Source: a virus. Taken from it: a stretch of 64,000 bases of DNA. This document shows positions 26,191 through 35,328 of this stretch, piece by piece (positions within the stretch are counted from its first letter, which is position 1; the number at the start of each line of letters is the position of its first letter). A program made the position numbers and the translations under genes. The stretch lies in the IMG/VR virus record IMGVR_UViG_3300037297_000388, positions 2,177 through 66,176 of that record. One strand, 5' to 3'. The notes beneath the pieces were generated by a model. That model saw only the letters and a program-made list of their open reading frames with translations. It ran no database searches and had not been told where the DNA came from.

Positions 26191-26625
26191 ATGAATGAAG
26201 AGATAATAGCGCGAAAGCCCTGCAGAGAATGCCAAAGTGACGAACTCCACCTCGCCTACAGTGCAGGTCGTTTCCAAGTGCAATGCCTCAACTGCGGGTT
26301 TTTCGCCCCGTCTCAGTTAAGCGAGAAGTCCGCCTGGGCCGCATGGAACCGCGGAGAGATAGGCCCACTTGAATACAAGCGGGAGATCGAGCAAAAAGAG
26401 ATAGCGGCAGTGGCTGCTCTCAGGGGGCTATGCAGGGAGGTCACAGTGTCTGGCAACCACAAGTCGAGAACGGTGCTAACATACATCGACGACATTATGG
26501 ATAAGGAATTTGACCGTCTCAGGCGTGGTATAGTGGAGAAGGTCGAGAAATATTTCCAGCGGCTACAGGAGTTCAACGAGGAGTGTTTAGAACCCTCATC
26601 CGAGAGGGATGGTGGCGATGACTGA
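26191..26625 (+). CDS. Lar-like restriction alleviation zinc-finger protein with C-terminal extension
   Basis: PCRECQS...FQVQCLNCG...SEKSAWAAWNR. Confidence 0.7.
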   Translation: MNEEIIARKPCRECQSDELHLAYSAGRFQVQCLNCGFFAPSQLSEKSAWAAWNRGEIGPLEYKREIEQKEIAAVAALRGLCREVTVSGNHKSRTVLTYIDDIMDKEFDRLRRGIVEKVEKYFQRLQEFNEECLEPSSERDGGDD

Positions 26626-26881
26626 AGGCAAAAGAAACATTACGACAGTGAATTTCTGCTCACCTTATCTACTTGTGCACAATGTGAGACTTGAAGACTG
26701 GTGTGAACGCTACGACCTTACACCTTTCACCGGTGAATGCACGAAGTGCGGAAGAAAGATATCAGTCTCGACGCCTTTTATCGCCAAAGAACGCCGAGGA
26801 CTTTGTGCAAAAACATGCACATGTGGAAATACTGCTGTCCCCTTCACTTTCGTTGATTTTGGGTATCCCACACTCAGATGA
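26609..26881 (+). CDS. Hypothetical zinc-binding protein
   Basis: CTKCG...CTCG. Confidence 0.5.
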   Translation: MVAMTEGKRNITTVNFCSPYLLVHNVRLEDWCERYDLTPFTGECTKCGRKISVSTPFIAKERRGLCAKTCTCGNTAVPFTFVDFGYPTLR

Positions 26882-26920
26882 ATGATACGGTGACTGTCTC
26901 AAAATGCCCTACTCCCGCCC

Positions 26921-27961
26921 TCAGTCCCCGAGGTCCATCGGAATAGTATCCCCAACCTTTGGGCAGGCCCGTTCGAGACGGCGCTTGAACTCCTTCCACG
27001 ACTCACATCCCCGCATCAGAAAGATTAGATTAGAGAGGTGTTCCTTCAATTTTGGGTGTCCATAATCCCGGGTCAAATGCTGGTGATGAGCTCGAGCCCG
27101 ACCACCGGATGGCCGCTTTGGATTTTTCTTCTTCAATTCATTGAGAACACCGGGCGCCAATCGCTTGTACACGATGTCGTTCGTCCAGTGACCGATGAAC
27201 CCGGGTTTTTTGTTCCCTACTCGCGGATAGTCCAATCCGGCCAACCGAAACATCTCCCGATAATAGTCATCCGGGAACGTCTTCGTCCACTTCGCCCACT
27301 CGTCGGTGATGTACTTTTCCAGTATCTGTTGTAGAGCAAGACGATCCCGGACATCCTGATACCCCGTCGCCTCATCAATTAGGGCGATAATTCCGACTTT
27401 AGCGAATCCCCGAAGGAGGATATCACACTGAGCTGCAATATGGCGCTGATTCGCCCGTATGGCGCCCGCGTCGCGGGCCTCCAATACCGCCTTACACAGG
27501 TCTGCAAGAATGGTTCCTTCATACCCATAAGAGCCCGTACCACCGCTGGGATGCGCAAACCTTATTGGGTTTTGTATCCGCATCCCTAACTCGCTATTAA
27601 TAAACGGTTTAATTGCTTTCCCAGCGGTGAACTGGGTTAGTCTATCCGCGCCCATTCCTGCGGCGCCGCCATAAGACATCCCAAGCGCTGAGATCATCTG
27701 CCGTTGGGAAATGACACGCGTTCCATCCTCAAGGACATAACAGGGCAAAGCGATATCACCGAATTTTAATTCGCCATCATGAGTCGCCCTTGGTAGCGAC
27801 CACCTCGCTGCAGCAGCTCTCTTCGCCGCCGCAGAACGCTCCTCCTTCGTCATGTTCGCCGCTCGCGCCTTCCCCCCTTTCTTCCCCCCGCGTCGCCCCA
27901 AAGCCACAGCAGCAGGGTCCTTCTCCGGGCCAGGGACGTTGTCGGTTTTATTCTTGGGCAT
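26921..27961 (-). CDS. P63C-domain protein with basic KGG-type N-terminus
   Basis: AAVALGRRGGKKGGKARA; ATHDGELKFGDIALPCYVLEDGTRVISQ; ALIDEATGYQ; W.KTFPDDYY. Confidence 0.85.
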   Translation of the reverse strand: MPKNKTDNVPGPEKDPAAVALGRRGGKKGGKARAANMTKEERSAAAKRAAAARWSLPRATHDGELKFGDIALPCYVLEDGTRVISQRQMISALGMSYGGAAGMGADRLTQFTAGKAIKPFINSELGMRIQNPIRFAHPSGGTGSYGYEGTILADLCKAVLEARDAGAIRANQRHIAAQCDILLRGFAKVGIIALIDEATGYQDVRDRLALQQILEKYITDEWAKWTKTFPDDYYREMFRLAGLDYPRVGNKKPGFIGHWTNDIVYKRLAPGVLNELKKKNPKRPSGGRARAHHQHLTRDYGHPKLKEHLSNLIFLMRGCESWKEFKRRLERACPKVGDTIPMDLGD

Positions 27962-28198
27962 GTTAGCACCTCACTTTCATCTGCATGAATACTTTAACAG
28001 TCACGCATTGTCAAATATAAATATTATTCGTAAGCGATAACGCTAAACAAAATCATAACACAGGTGCTAAACAGCCTCCCCCGCGTGCGAGGGCAGATAG
28101 GGACCTGGGTGCGGCCAGCGGGAGGACTACGTCCACCGATCCGAGACCGATGAACCCATAGTCCTGCCCGCGAAGCGACGAGGTGATGGTTGAGCTAC

Positions 28199-28357
28199 AT
28201 GACAACACCAGCTCGATTCTGGTGGTGGATTCTCGGCGCGTTGCTGCTCCTCACCGCGGCTGTCCTCGTCTCTCCAACCCCCTCTTTGACCCAGAGACTG
28301 CGAGTGCTCATGCGACCTTGGCCAAGCTCGTTTTCTCGTGACCTTATTGGCGAATAA
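28199..28357 (+). CDS. Small hydrophobic peptide (52 aa; not in ORF track)
   Basis: MTTPARFWWWILGALLLLTAAVLVSP; single transmembrane or signal-like segment. Confidence 0.45.
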   Translation: MTTPARFWWWILGALLLLTAAVLVSPTPSLTQRLRVLMRPWPSSFSRDLIGE

Positions 28358-29429
28358 CCTCCATTTTAAACAACACTTTCCCCCAGCAACTCACACCCCA
28401 CAAAATAGCTGTTGCAGACCCTAATCACAATATACTACACTCTGAGGGTGGCTGGGAGGGGTTGGGGATGGTACTGGGACGAACCCTCTTTTATATATGA
28501 AAAGCAACGCCCCCCTTCTAGAGATCCCCCCTCAACTGAAAAAGAAGAACAAAAACACACAACCAGATCCCCCCTCTCAGTCCAACAAAGAAACCTGGCC
28601 AAAGCTGTAACCAGATCCTCTAATACCTAAACACAAAACAGTCGCACATATTAATACATTTACCTACCACCCCCTAATAACCGATCCGAGTAAATACCTA
28701 CAATGTAGGAAAGAAGACTACATCAAAATTGAAACTCAGGTACCAGGATGCCAAAGTGCCGAATAATCACACATGTCACTACACTAACCCACAGTATCAA
28801 AACCCACCGAACCTAGCCCCTTCCCCCACCCCGCCGACCGACTCAACTAGTTACCTACAATGTACGAAAAATGACCACATTAGGAACGTCATAGGTAATA
28901 AAGTGTAAACTGGTACTTGAATACCTGAATTCATCGCACAGGACTGATTACCAACACCCCATCCCTGGTGATGAGGTCGAGGTAGGGGAAGATGCCGTAT
29001 CTCCCCCCCCTGGGCATGCGAATGCGTGGGTAGCAAGCGACCTACCAGGCGTCAAAACGGACGAGATATATCCTTGGTGGGATATAAATGATAAAAAAAT
29101 GGTTGACTCATCCATGCGGGAGGATTACAAATTGGGTGTCTGGCCCTTATTGAAGCTGCCCAAAGTAGTGTCCGATAAGGGAAGGTTATCGGACACAATT
29201 GGGTGAATAGGAGCTCGCATGAGAAAACAGCCACCATCCAGGCCGAGGCCTTTGCCGTCCCCGCCGCCGCCCCCATTGTCGGGGCGGGGCGGGCAGGGGG
29301 TGGGTCGAAAAAGCACCAGTTCAGCGGCAGGAATTCCACGGCCCTCCCTCCTCCCTGTGTCTACGCGCGCGCGAGCTACCCAATCTCACGTGGCCGTCGC
29401 CTGGATGTGGGATCCGTGCTGGGGTTGTT
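28358..29429. other. ~1.1-kb low-coding region
   Basis: No convincing ORF; A/C-rich plus strand switches to G/T-rich; palindrome CCTACA-A-TGTAGG; G-tract cluster at 29281-29305. Confidence 0.55.
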
Positions 29430-29684
29430 GTGAAGACGCTTGTCGGGGGAGATGTAGGGGGTGCTGTCTTGGGTAAGGTGGATTCGAAAATGGTTTCAGT
29501 GTGGGGACTGCGAGCGGTTGTGTATTTTCGTGGCGACGGGGGATACCTAGTTGAGTGTATTGGTCTTGACGGGGAGACGGTTGGAGGGAGGGGGAGGGCT
29601 GTTTCCTGTGAAGACGGCGAGGCTGTGGTGGGGGTATTGAAAAGGCTTCGAGAGTTTTTGAAACAGGAGGATGTCGGAAAATGA
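29430..29684 (+). CDS. Hypothetical protein
   Basis: First ORF of a rightward run; coupled to the next gene. Confidence 0.5.
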   Translation: MKTLVGGDVGGAVLGKVDSKMVSVWGLRAVVYFRGDGGYLVECIGLDGETVGGRGRAVSCEDGEAVVGVLKRLREFLKQEDVGK

Positions 29685-30160
29685 GGAATAGATCTGGTAC
29701 GCGCGGGGGAGGCGGCGATGTGGGTGATGCCGCGGCTGTTCAAGTAGAGGATCTTAGAGAGGTTCGGATTGAACTGAGGCGAGCTCACGCTGCGATACAT
29801 TGGTTTGCCGGGGTGAGGTCTGCGGTCACGAGTGGAGCGTTGGTGGCGCAGGGTACGGATTGGTATGGCTTGTACAAAATCTTGGCTGTAGCGCATGCGG
29901 TGAGTGAGGTCTGGCTCAGTGGCGATGTGGTGACGGCTCGAGCGGTTGCGGACCTGCTTGGGTGGCACACGGAGAATGGTGAGTTGGAGGTGCGCAAGTG
30001 TTTACGTCCGCTTCAGAAGTGTTTTCCGCCAATGGTGCTCGACGACCTTCGGCCGAATATTGAGGAGTACGAGATTCATCCAGATGCAAACAAGTTTGGG
30101 CTCAGTAAGAAGGTTGCTATGGATCTTGTGGCTGAAACAATGAGGAAATTTGGCAAGTGA
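29681..30160 (+). CDS. Hypothetical protein
   Basis: 159-aa coupled ORF. Confidence 0.55.
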   Translation: MRNRSGTRGGGGDVGDAAAVQVEDLREVRIELRRAHAAIHWFAGVRSAVTSGALVAQGTDWYGLYKILAVAHAVSEVWLSGDVVTARAVADLLGWHTENGELEVRKCLRPLQKCFPPMVLDDLRPNIEEYEIHPDANKFGLSKKVAMDLVAETMRKFGK

Positions 30161-30166
30161 TGGGTA

Positions 30167-30412
30167 TTGAAGGAGTGTAAGATGAATCCAGATGCAAACA
30201 AATTTGAGCGCCTATTTAGCAGGGTGTCGATAAATCCCACTGTGCTGTTGCGCCCCAATGGTGAACCTGTGCCAGGGCATTGGACTCAGTTCCAGCTCGG
30301 TGAACACGTGGTCATCAAGAACTACACATTCAAGGTGGCCTATATTGGTGAGACGGCCATTTTGTTTGAGCCTGTAGGGATGGTGGAATTGCCGGGAGCG
30401 GAGGAGGATTGA
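30167..30412 (+). CDS. Hypothetical protein
   Basis: 81-aa ORF in the run. Confidence 0.6.
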   Translation: MKECKMNPDANKFERLFSRVSINPTVLLRPNGEPVPGHWTQFQLGEHVVIKNYTFKVAYIGETAILFEPVGMVELPGAEED

Positions 30413-30413
30413 T

Positions 30414-30791
30414 GTGATGAAAGGTAGTGGTGCTGTATACACGCTGGAGTGTCCGCACTGCGGTTACGTGGATTCTTTATGGAATGTTAAGAAGAGTGAA
30501 ATTCCAGATGAGCACGAGTGCAGCAAGTGCAACCAGGTTTTTCTTGTACCGAAGATCAAAAAGAAAGCAAAGGAGCAGAAACCGAGAAAACCGGTAGCAA
30601 TGGTCATTGCTCTGAATGGCGAGGTGCTTCTTGTTTGCGATGATGGATCGGTTTTTGTTCTGCCTACGGAGGGGAAAGCTGAATCGCTCGGGCTGGAGGT
30701 TGGTAATTGGAACGAAGGTTTTCCAGTTCCAGGTTCGGCCCGTGACCTCGAGTTGAAGCGCGCCGACGACGATGAAACGAAGGGCAAGTGA
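30414..30791 (+). CDS. Zinc-ribbon protein
   Basis: CPHCG...CSKCN; C-terminal VCDDGSVF...PVPGS. Confidence 0.65.
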   Translation: MMKGSGAVYTLECPHCGYVDSLWNVKKSEIPDEHECSKCNQVFLVPKIKKKAKEQKPRKPVAMVIALNGEVLLVCDDGSVFVLPTEGKAESLGLEVGNWNEGFPVPGSARDLELKRADDDETKGK

Positions 30792-30797
30792 GGGGTA

Positions 30798-31373
30798 TTG
30801 ATGAATCTGAAAACCTACACACTCGACGACCTCATGCGAGAGAGGCCCTGTTTCCCACCAGGTTACATAATAGAGATGATGTCTGGTCGTGATCGGATAA
30901 GTCCTCGTGATATAGCCGCATTTGATAAACTCTCAACTCACAGCCGAACTTGGCTTTTGTCTCGATTGCTCTATCGCTTGTCTCGTTCAGCGCACCACCG
31001 CGTGGCTCGGTTGATATCGCTCGACATCGTTGACGTTTGGCCATGTCCGGACATTGTCTACTGGTATCTTATCACAGGAGATCCATCAGTTAAGGCAGAC
31101 GCTGTGATTGAGGCCAAAATTGTCGCCTCTTCCGGCTATGAGGATGCCTCCTGGTACGCAGCAAGGACCATCAGAAGAGTCGCTTCTTGGATCGCTTATC
31201 GGGATGATATCTGGAATGTAGTTTTTGACGCAGAACTTGCTTTGGATGCGTGGGCCTGGGAGGTTGATGCAGGAACTTTGGCCAGTTCCTTCGCTTGGGA
31301 TGCTTCATACCGCAAATCAATTTTAGAGAGGTGGCTCAATCTGATCGTCCGCGCCTGGGAGGTGCACCCATGA
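30798..31373 (+). CDS. Diverged paralog C of the AWEVHP family
   Basis: KTYTLDDL..E.PC, LSRLLYR, CPD.VYWYL.TGD, LIVRAWEVHP. Confidence 0.8.
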   Translation: MMNLKTYTLDDLMRERPCFPPGYIIEMMSGRDRISPRDIAAFDKLSTHSRTWLLSRLLYRLSRSAHHRVARLISLDIVDVWPCPDIVYWYLITGDPSVKADAVIEAKIVASSGYEDASWYAARTIRRVASWIAYRDDIWNVVFDAELALDAWAWEVDAGTLASSFAWDASYRKSILERWLNLIVRAWEVHP

Positions 31374-31933
31374 AACAGCCACCACTGCTCGCCGTATCCA
31401 TAGGGGGTGTGTTTTCAGACGACATACACCCAATGGTCGAGGACCTCGTCCGGAAGTCCGTTTCGACGGCGCGATTTCTCCGGCTGAAGGGCGAACCCGT
31501 GACGTTTTCTGGGGATGTCGATCGCGCAGTCGATGCTATCGAAGCTCAGCCTTTGTGCGAGCGGTTGATTGTCGTCGGCAAATCCGCCGGCGGGATTCTG
31601 GCGTGGTACCTCGCCCACGAGGAGCGCCTCATCCGGCGATATCCGAACCCCATTTTCGTTTTGATTGATCCCCATGGGGCCGTAAACGGGGACAGGAAAT
31701 TCGGTCCATACTGCGAACGCCAGGATCTTTGTTCGGAATTTATACCGGATGGCCCGGTGCTCTGTAACGTATACCAGCACAACCACGCTTTTATGGGCGC
31801 TTCGTTTCCGGATCTCGGGAATAGAAATATCCGGATCGGGGATCCATGGGTCGACCATCGCAATATTACGCAGCACAAGGCCACGCGTGAAGTGGTGCGA
31901 TGGGCCATAAAAGAGGCGAACAAGGAGGACTGA
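31370..31933 (+). CDS. Alpha/beta-hydrolase-fold protein
   Basis: VVGKSAGG nucleophile elbow, VLIDP, C-terminal DHRNI His. Confidence 0.7.
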   Translation: MKQPPLLAVSIGGVFSDDIHPMVEDLVRKSVSTARFLRLKGEPVTFSGDVDRAVDAIEAQPLCERLIVVGKSAGGILAWYLAHEERLIRRYPNPIFVLIDPHGAVNGDRKFGPYCERQDLCSEFIPDGPVLCNVYQHNHAFMGASFPDLGNRNIRIGDPWVDHRNITQHKATREVVRWAIKEANKED

Positions 31934-32232
31934 TGACCCCCAGGGATTTTATGAGAATCGATCCAATGGACTCGGTGGCGCAGAATAGTGATGCCGAGGA
32001 TGTGGCGCGAAATATTATGGTCATCCTCGCCAGGACGGGAAACGTGTGGCGCAACCTGTCGTGGGAAGAGTATGAGTCCGAGCGCGCAGTTGATGGCAAG
32101 TTCGCGGCGCGGCGCGAACGTCATTATTTCAACCATGTAATTGACTACTGCGAGTCTGAGCAGACGGCGCGGGTTTTCAGTCCGGCGTGGAAACTGGCGA
32201 GGCTTGGTGGCGTTCCTGGAGGTTTGCGATGA
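31933..32232 (+). CDS. Hypothetical protein
   Basis: TGATG-coupled. Confidence 0.6.
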   Translation: MTPRDFMRIDPMDSVAQNSDAEDVARNIMVILARTGNVWRNLSWEEYESERAVDGKFAARRERHYFNHVIDYCESEQTARVFSPAWKLARLGGVPGGLR

Positions 32233-32921
32233 GCGAAACAGAGAGACAGAAGGTGGCTCATGGGATGGTTGTCAGGTCCACAATTCACCATGACAAGTTG
32301 TCTCTGAGGGGCGGCGCCACTTCGGACAACCAAAGCATCCGGGACGCCTTATCTGCGGCCGGCTTTGTCGCAGGGGACAGGGTGGTGATAGTTGATACAG
32401 GGCATTATGCCGCATTGGTGGCGGCCACGCGGGTGGCGTATGTGCTGATCGTGGATGGTCACGAGGTTGGATCGTATTGTTGCCGGGCAGCTGCCCGGGA
32501 GGATCAAGAGATCTACGGCGGGCAAATCAAGCCCATCAAGGACCCCACCATCTCCCCGGCGGAAGACTGCGAACCCGTGGACGACGACGGGGAGTCTCCC
32601 CACTATCTCCGTCAGGCAGAACTCTTTGGGGTTCCACCATTCGTCGGTACTGGCGATCCTGATGGTGACGCCGGGGGGGCTCCCCCCTCTGAGCCGGTGC
32701 TCGTTGACCGGTGTCTTGAAGATGGCATCTCGCGGGTCTATGACGAGAAGACGGGTATGATGACCGTCTGCATCTGCGAGCCAGCGAGCGACCGACGGGG
32801 GAATCACCCGCGTCAGTCAGCTGGCTTTGATGTAAAATCGCGCGAATCTTTCATTGATTCCATTAATCCAGATTCTGGGATATTGTGGTTGGGCGAAAAG
32901 ACAGAGAAGGATGGGCAGTGA
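32229..32921 (+). CDS. Hypothetical protein
   Basis: ATGA-coupled long ORF. Confidence 0.55.
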   Translation: MSETERQKVAHGMVVRSTIHHDKLSLRGGATSDNQSIRDALSAAGFVAGDRVVIVDTGHYAALVAATRVAYVLIVDGHEVGSYCCRAAAREDQEIYGGQIKPIKDPTISPAEDCEPVDDDGESPHYLRQAELFGVPPFVGTGDPDGDAGGAPPSEPVLVDRCLEDGISRVYDEKTGMMTVCICEPASDRRGNHPRQSAGFDVKSRESFIDSINPDSGILWLGEKTEKDGQ

Positions 32922-32964
32922 ACAAGAGAGCGAGTCTTGTGGTCGCCAGTGTGCGGCGAGATGA

Positions 32965-33288
32965 GTGATGGGATATCGGACACCAGAAGAGCAACGTATC
33001 GACCGTGAGGTTGCGGATGCCCAGTTGCGCGTCTCAGATGGAGAACGCAAGCGGGGACATTGTCTTTTTTTACCCAAAGACGCGAGGGGGTATAGGTCAG
33101 TAGCACGGTGGCTGGAGCTCGAGGCTCTCCGCCAGTACCCATCGTACCGAGAGACGCTCGAGCACGCCCAGAATCAGCGATGGATGGCCGAGCTTGTAAA
33201 TCTTCACGGGTTGGAGAAGGCGAAGGAGATTGGCGGTGAGTACTTCAGGAAGAGGTGCGGGTCACCAAGGCGCAGGGGAAGTGACTGA
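32965..33288 (+). CDS. Hypothetical protein
   Basis: 107-aa ORF in the run. Confidence 0.5.
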   Translation: MMGYRTPEEQRIDREVADAQLRVSDGERKRGHCLFLPKDARGYRSVARWLELEALRQYPSYRETLEHAQNQRWMAELVNLHGLEKAKEIGGEYFRKRCGSPRRRGSD

Positions 33289-33337
33289 TGGCTGACCGCC
33301 GAATAGCAAGGGTGTTCCCGAGGAAGCGGATTGTGAA

Positions 33338-33553
33338 GTGAACAGGAGACGACGCATAGAGCTTGTCCGCGCTGATGGTTTGTATCAACGGACGATATTC
33401 CAGTTGGGGCTTGGAAACTATCTTGTGCTGTCATGCGGGACCCAAGAGGAGCAGATGGGCTGCCCAAACTGGAACGACAGCCGGCCGCTGTCGCCTCCGC
33501 ACGCGCGGGTCACCATAGAGCAGCTCGGGATGAACTGGAGGCTCAATAGATGA
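33338..33553 (+). CDS. Hypothetical protein
   Basis: Coupled to the next ORF. Confidence 0.4.
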   Translation: MNRRRRIELVRADGLYQRTIFQLGLGNYLVLSCGTQEEQMGCPNWNDSRPLSPPHARVTIEQLGMNWRLNR

Positions 33554-33774
33554 ACCTGCATGATGAAGTGCGCAAGGAGATCACCCGGTGTCATGAGGTG
33601 CTGGCCCAGTACAGGGCTTTCGGATGGACCGGGCAGGTGGCGATGAACAGAATGAATATTCAGCGATCCCAGATGATCATGGTGAATATTTGGCGCGCCG
33701 AGAAAGCACTTGCTGACTCAGACAGAGAAAGACTCGAAAATGCGCTGAAGGCGCTCCAGGAATACGAATATTGA
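33550..33774 (+). CDS. Small helical hypothetical protein
   Basis: 74-aa ORF. Confidence 0.6.
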   Translation: MNLHDEVRKEITRCHEVLAQYRAFGWTGQVAMNRMNIQRSQMIMVNIWRAEKALADSDRERLENALKALQEYEY

Positions 33775-33786
33775 AAAGGAAAGATC

Positions 33787-34173
33787 ATGGATGCTTCTAA
33801 CGGAAAAGGTGCGACAAACCAACGCTGCGGGGCAGAGCTGATAGCTATCGAGCGCGCCCGACAAATCAACGAGGCAAGATGGACCTCGGAGCATGACGAC
33901 AAGCATACAAAGGGACAACTGGCGATGGCAGCGGTGTGCTACGCGTCTGTTGAGAGGGTATACGTCTGCCGGGAGTACGCGAATGGGACGATGTACCGAG
34001 ATCCGTTCCCGTTCGATGTTCGCGATAAGCGATTTCTATACGGCGAGCGGCGAAACAACTGGGTGAATGAGATACCTGACCCGTCGACCTACACCAAAGA
34101 GGAGAGAATCGACCTGCTGGTGAAAGCAGGGGCGTTGATTGCTGCCGAGATTGACCGGCTGCGGAGGACCTGA
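33787..34173 (+). CDS. Conserved phage hypothetical protein
   Basis: IAIERARQI...W..EHDD.H..GQLA.AA..YA...LVKAGALIAAEIDRL. Confidence 0.75.
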   Translation: MDASNGKGATNQRCGAELIAIERARQINEARWTSEHDDKHTKGQLAMAAVCYASVERVYVCREYANGTMYRDPFPFDVRDKRFLYGERRNNWVNEIPDPSTYTKEERIDLLVKAGALIAAEIDRLRRT

Positions 34174-34598
34174 TGGACAAAGTGACATTGATAAAGGGGA
34201 GATTTCGAACACTGGCCTACGTGGCGGGGCCGTACCGATCTAAGGGGTTGTGTCGGGTGGCGATTCTCCAGAACATTCAGCGGGCCGTCGCTGTTGCTGC
34301 CGAGCTCCGGCGCCAGGGGATGGCGGCTATCGTCCCCCACCTCGAGTCGCTGTTCTGTGAGGATGCAATTTCAGAGGATGGTTGGCGAAAACACGGATTG
34401 AAGCTTCTCTCTGTGTGCGACATCTTGGTTTTAACCTCTCCTGCGGGCGTCTTCGAATCATATGGAACAAAAGCTGAGGTGGAGTTCGCTGAGCAGAACG
34501 GCATCCCCATATTCGCCTTCGACGAAGGGATGGAATTGTGCCAAGTCAACTTCCAGTTTAGTTCGAGTATGCCCGGAGGTTGGTCATGGTTTACGTAA
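34173..34598 (+). CDS. DUF4406/DUF1937-like (nucleoside deoxyribosyltransferase-like fold) protein
   Basis: YVAGPY, IVPH, LSVCDILVL...ESYGTKAEVEFA. Confidence 0.7.
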   Translation: MDKVTLIKGRFRTLAYVAGPYRSKGLCRVAILQNIQRAVAVAAELRRQGMAAIVPHLESLFCEDAISEDGWRKHGLKLLSVCDILVLTSPAGVFESYGTKAEVEFAEQNGIPIFAFDEGMELCQVNFQFSSSMPGGWSWFT

Positions 34599-35113
34599 AG
34601 ATGTCGGACGGACGACCCAACGGTAACGCCGCCGGGTTCTGTCGGCGCTCTAAATTAGGAGACAGTAGCGATGGGCCCAACCATCTCTACACCGCATGCC
34701 GTGAGATACTCGACCAGGCGCGCCGGTATTCTGCGGAGGAGCAGCGATACTTCGCCGTCGCCCTGGGGAATCTCGCAAAGGCCATGGAGTATGGGACCGA
34801 CAAGCGAGAGGGTAACGCGGGTGGTTTTTTTGAAGTTGGTCCGCCATCCTTCCCGCCAGGGTTTGAGAAATGGCCAGAGAAGATTTTGTTTTCACCTCGA
34901 GCAAAGATGGGATGGAAGATTATCGTCCATAAAGATAAAGCGCAGTCACACGCATCAGTTGGGGAGCGACCAGACGATGATCTACCAGGGGTTCGTCATT
35001 TTTCGTTTGCCGCGGCGCGGTCGCTGATTGCGGACGCGGTCACCCAAAAGCGCTTAGAAGACGCAACGAGGAGGTATGTTGGTGGGCAACTTGAATCCAA
35101 TAACCGAAAGTAA
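34580..35113 (+). CDS. Hypothetical protein
   Basis: 177-aa ORF in the run. Confidence 0.5.
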   Translation: MVMVYVKMSDGRPNGNAAGFCRRSKLGDSSDGPNHLYTACREILDQARRYSAEEQRYFAVALGNLAKAMEYGTDKREGNAGGFFEVGPPSFPPGFEKWPEKILFSPRAKMGWKIIVHKDKAQSHASVGERPDDDLPGVRHFSFAAARSLIADAVTQKRLEDATRRYVGGQLESNNRK

Positions 35114-35312
35114 ACAAGCGAAGGAGCTCGGGTTGGCGATGAGGGTCGTTAGGCGGCAGTATGGAAAGACAATTGGCCAGGTTGCCAGGGCGATCGACAC
35201 TGGTCCTGCGTTTGTGTCAACCCTTGAGCGTGGGACAGCGCACGTGGCCGTTGCCCAAAGATACTTCAAACGGTTCATCGACGCAGTGGTGCTCGGCTTT
35301 GGAGATGAATAA
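35076..35312 (+). CDS. XRE/Cro-like HTH protein
   Basis: LGLAMRVVRRQYGKTIGQVARAIDTGPAFVSTLERG. Confidence 0.75.
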   Translation: MLVGNLNPITESKQAKELGLAMRVVRRQYGKTIGQVARAIDTGPAFVSTLERGTAHVAVAQRYFKRFIDAVVLGFGDE

Positions 35313-35328
35313 CTGAATAGGAGGAAAT

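Noticed and set aside
27963-28070. CIRCE (HrcA) element
   Set aside because: Half-sites are imperfect and ~90 bp apart rather than 9 bp
30078-30201. 16-bp direct repeat ATCCAGATGCAAACAA in adjacent genes
   Set aside because: Real but short; no further copies or associated structure
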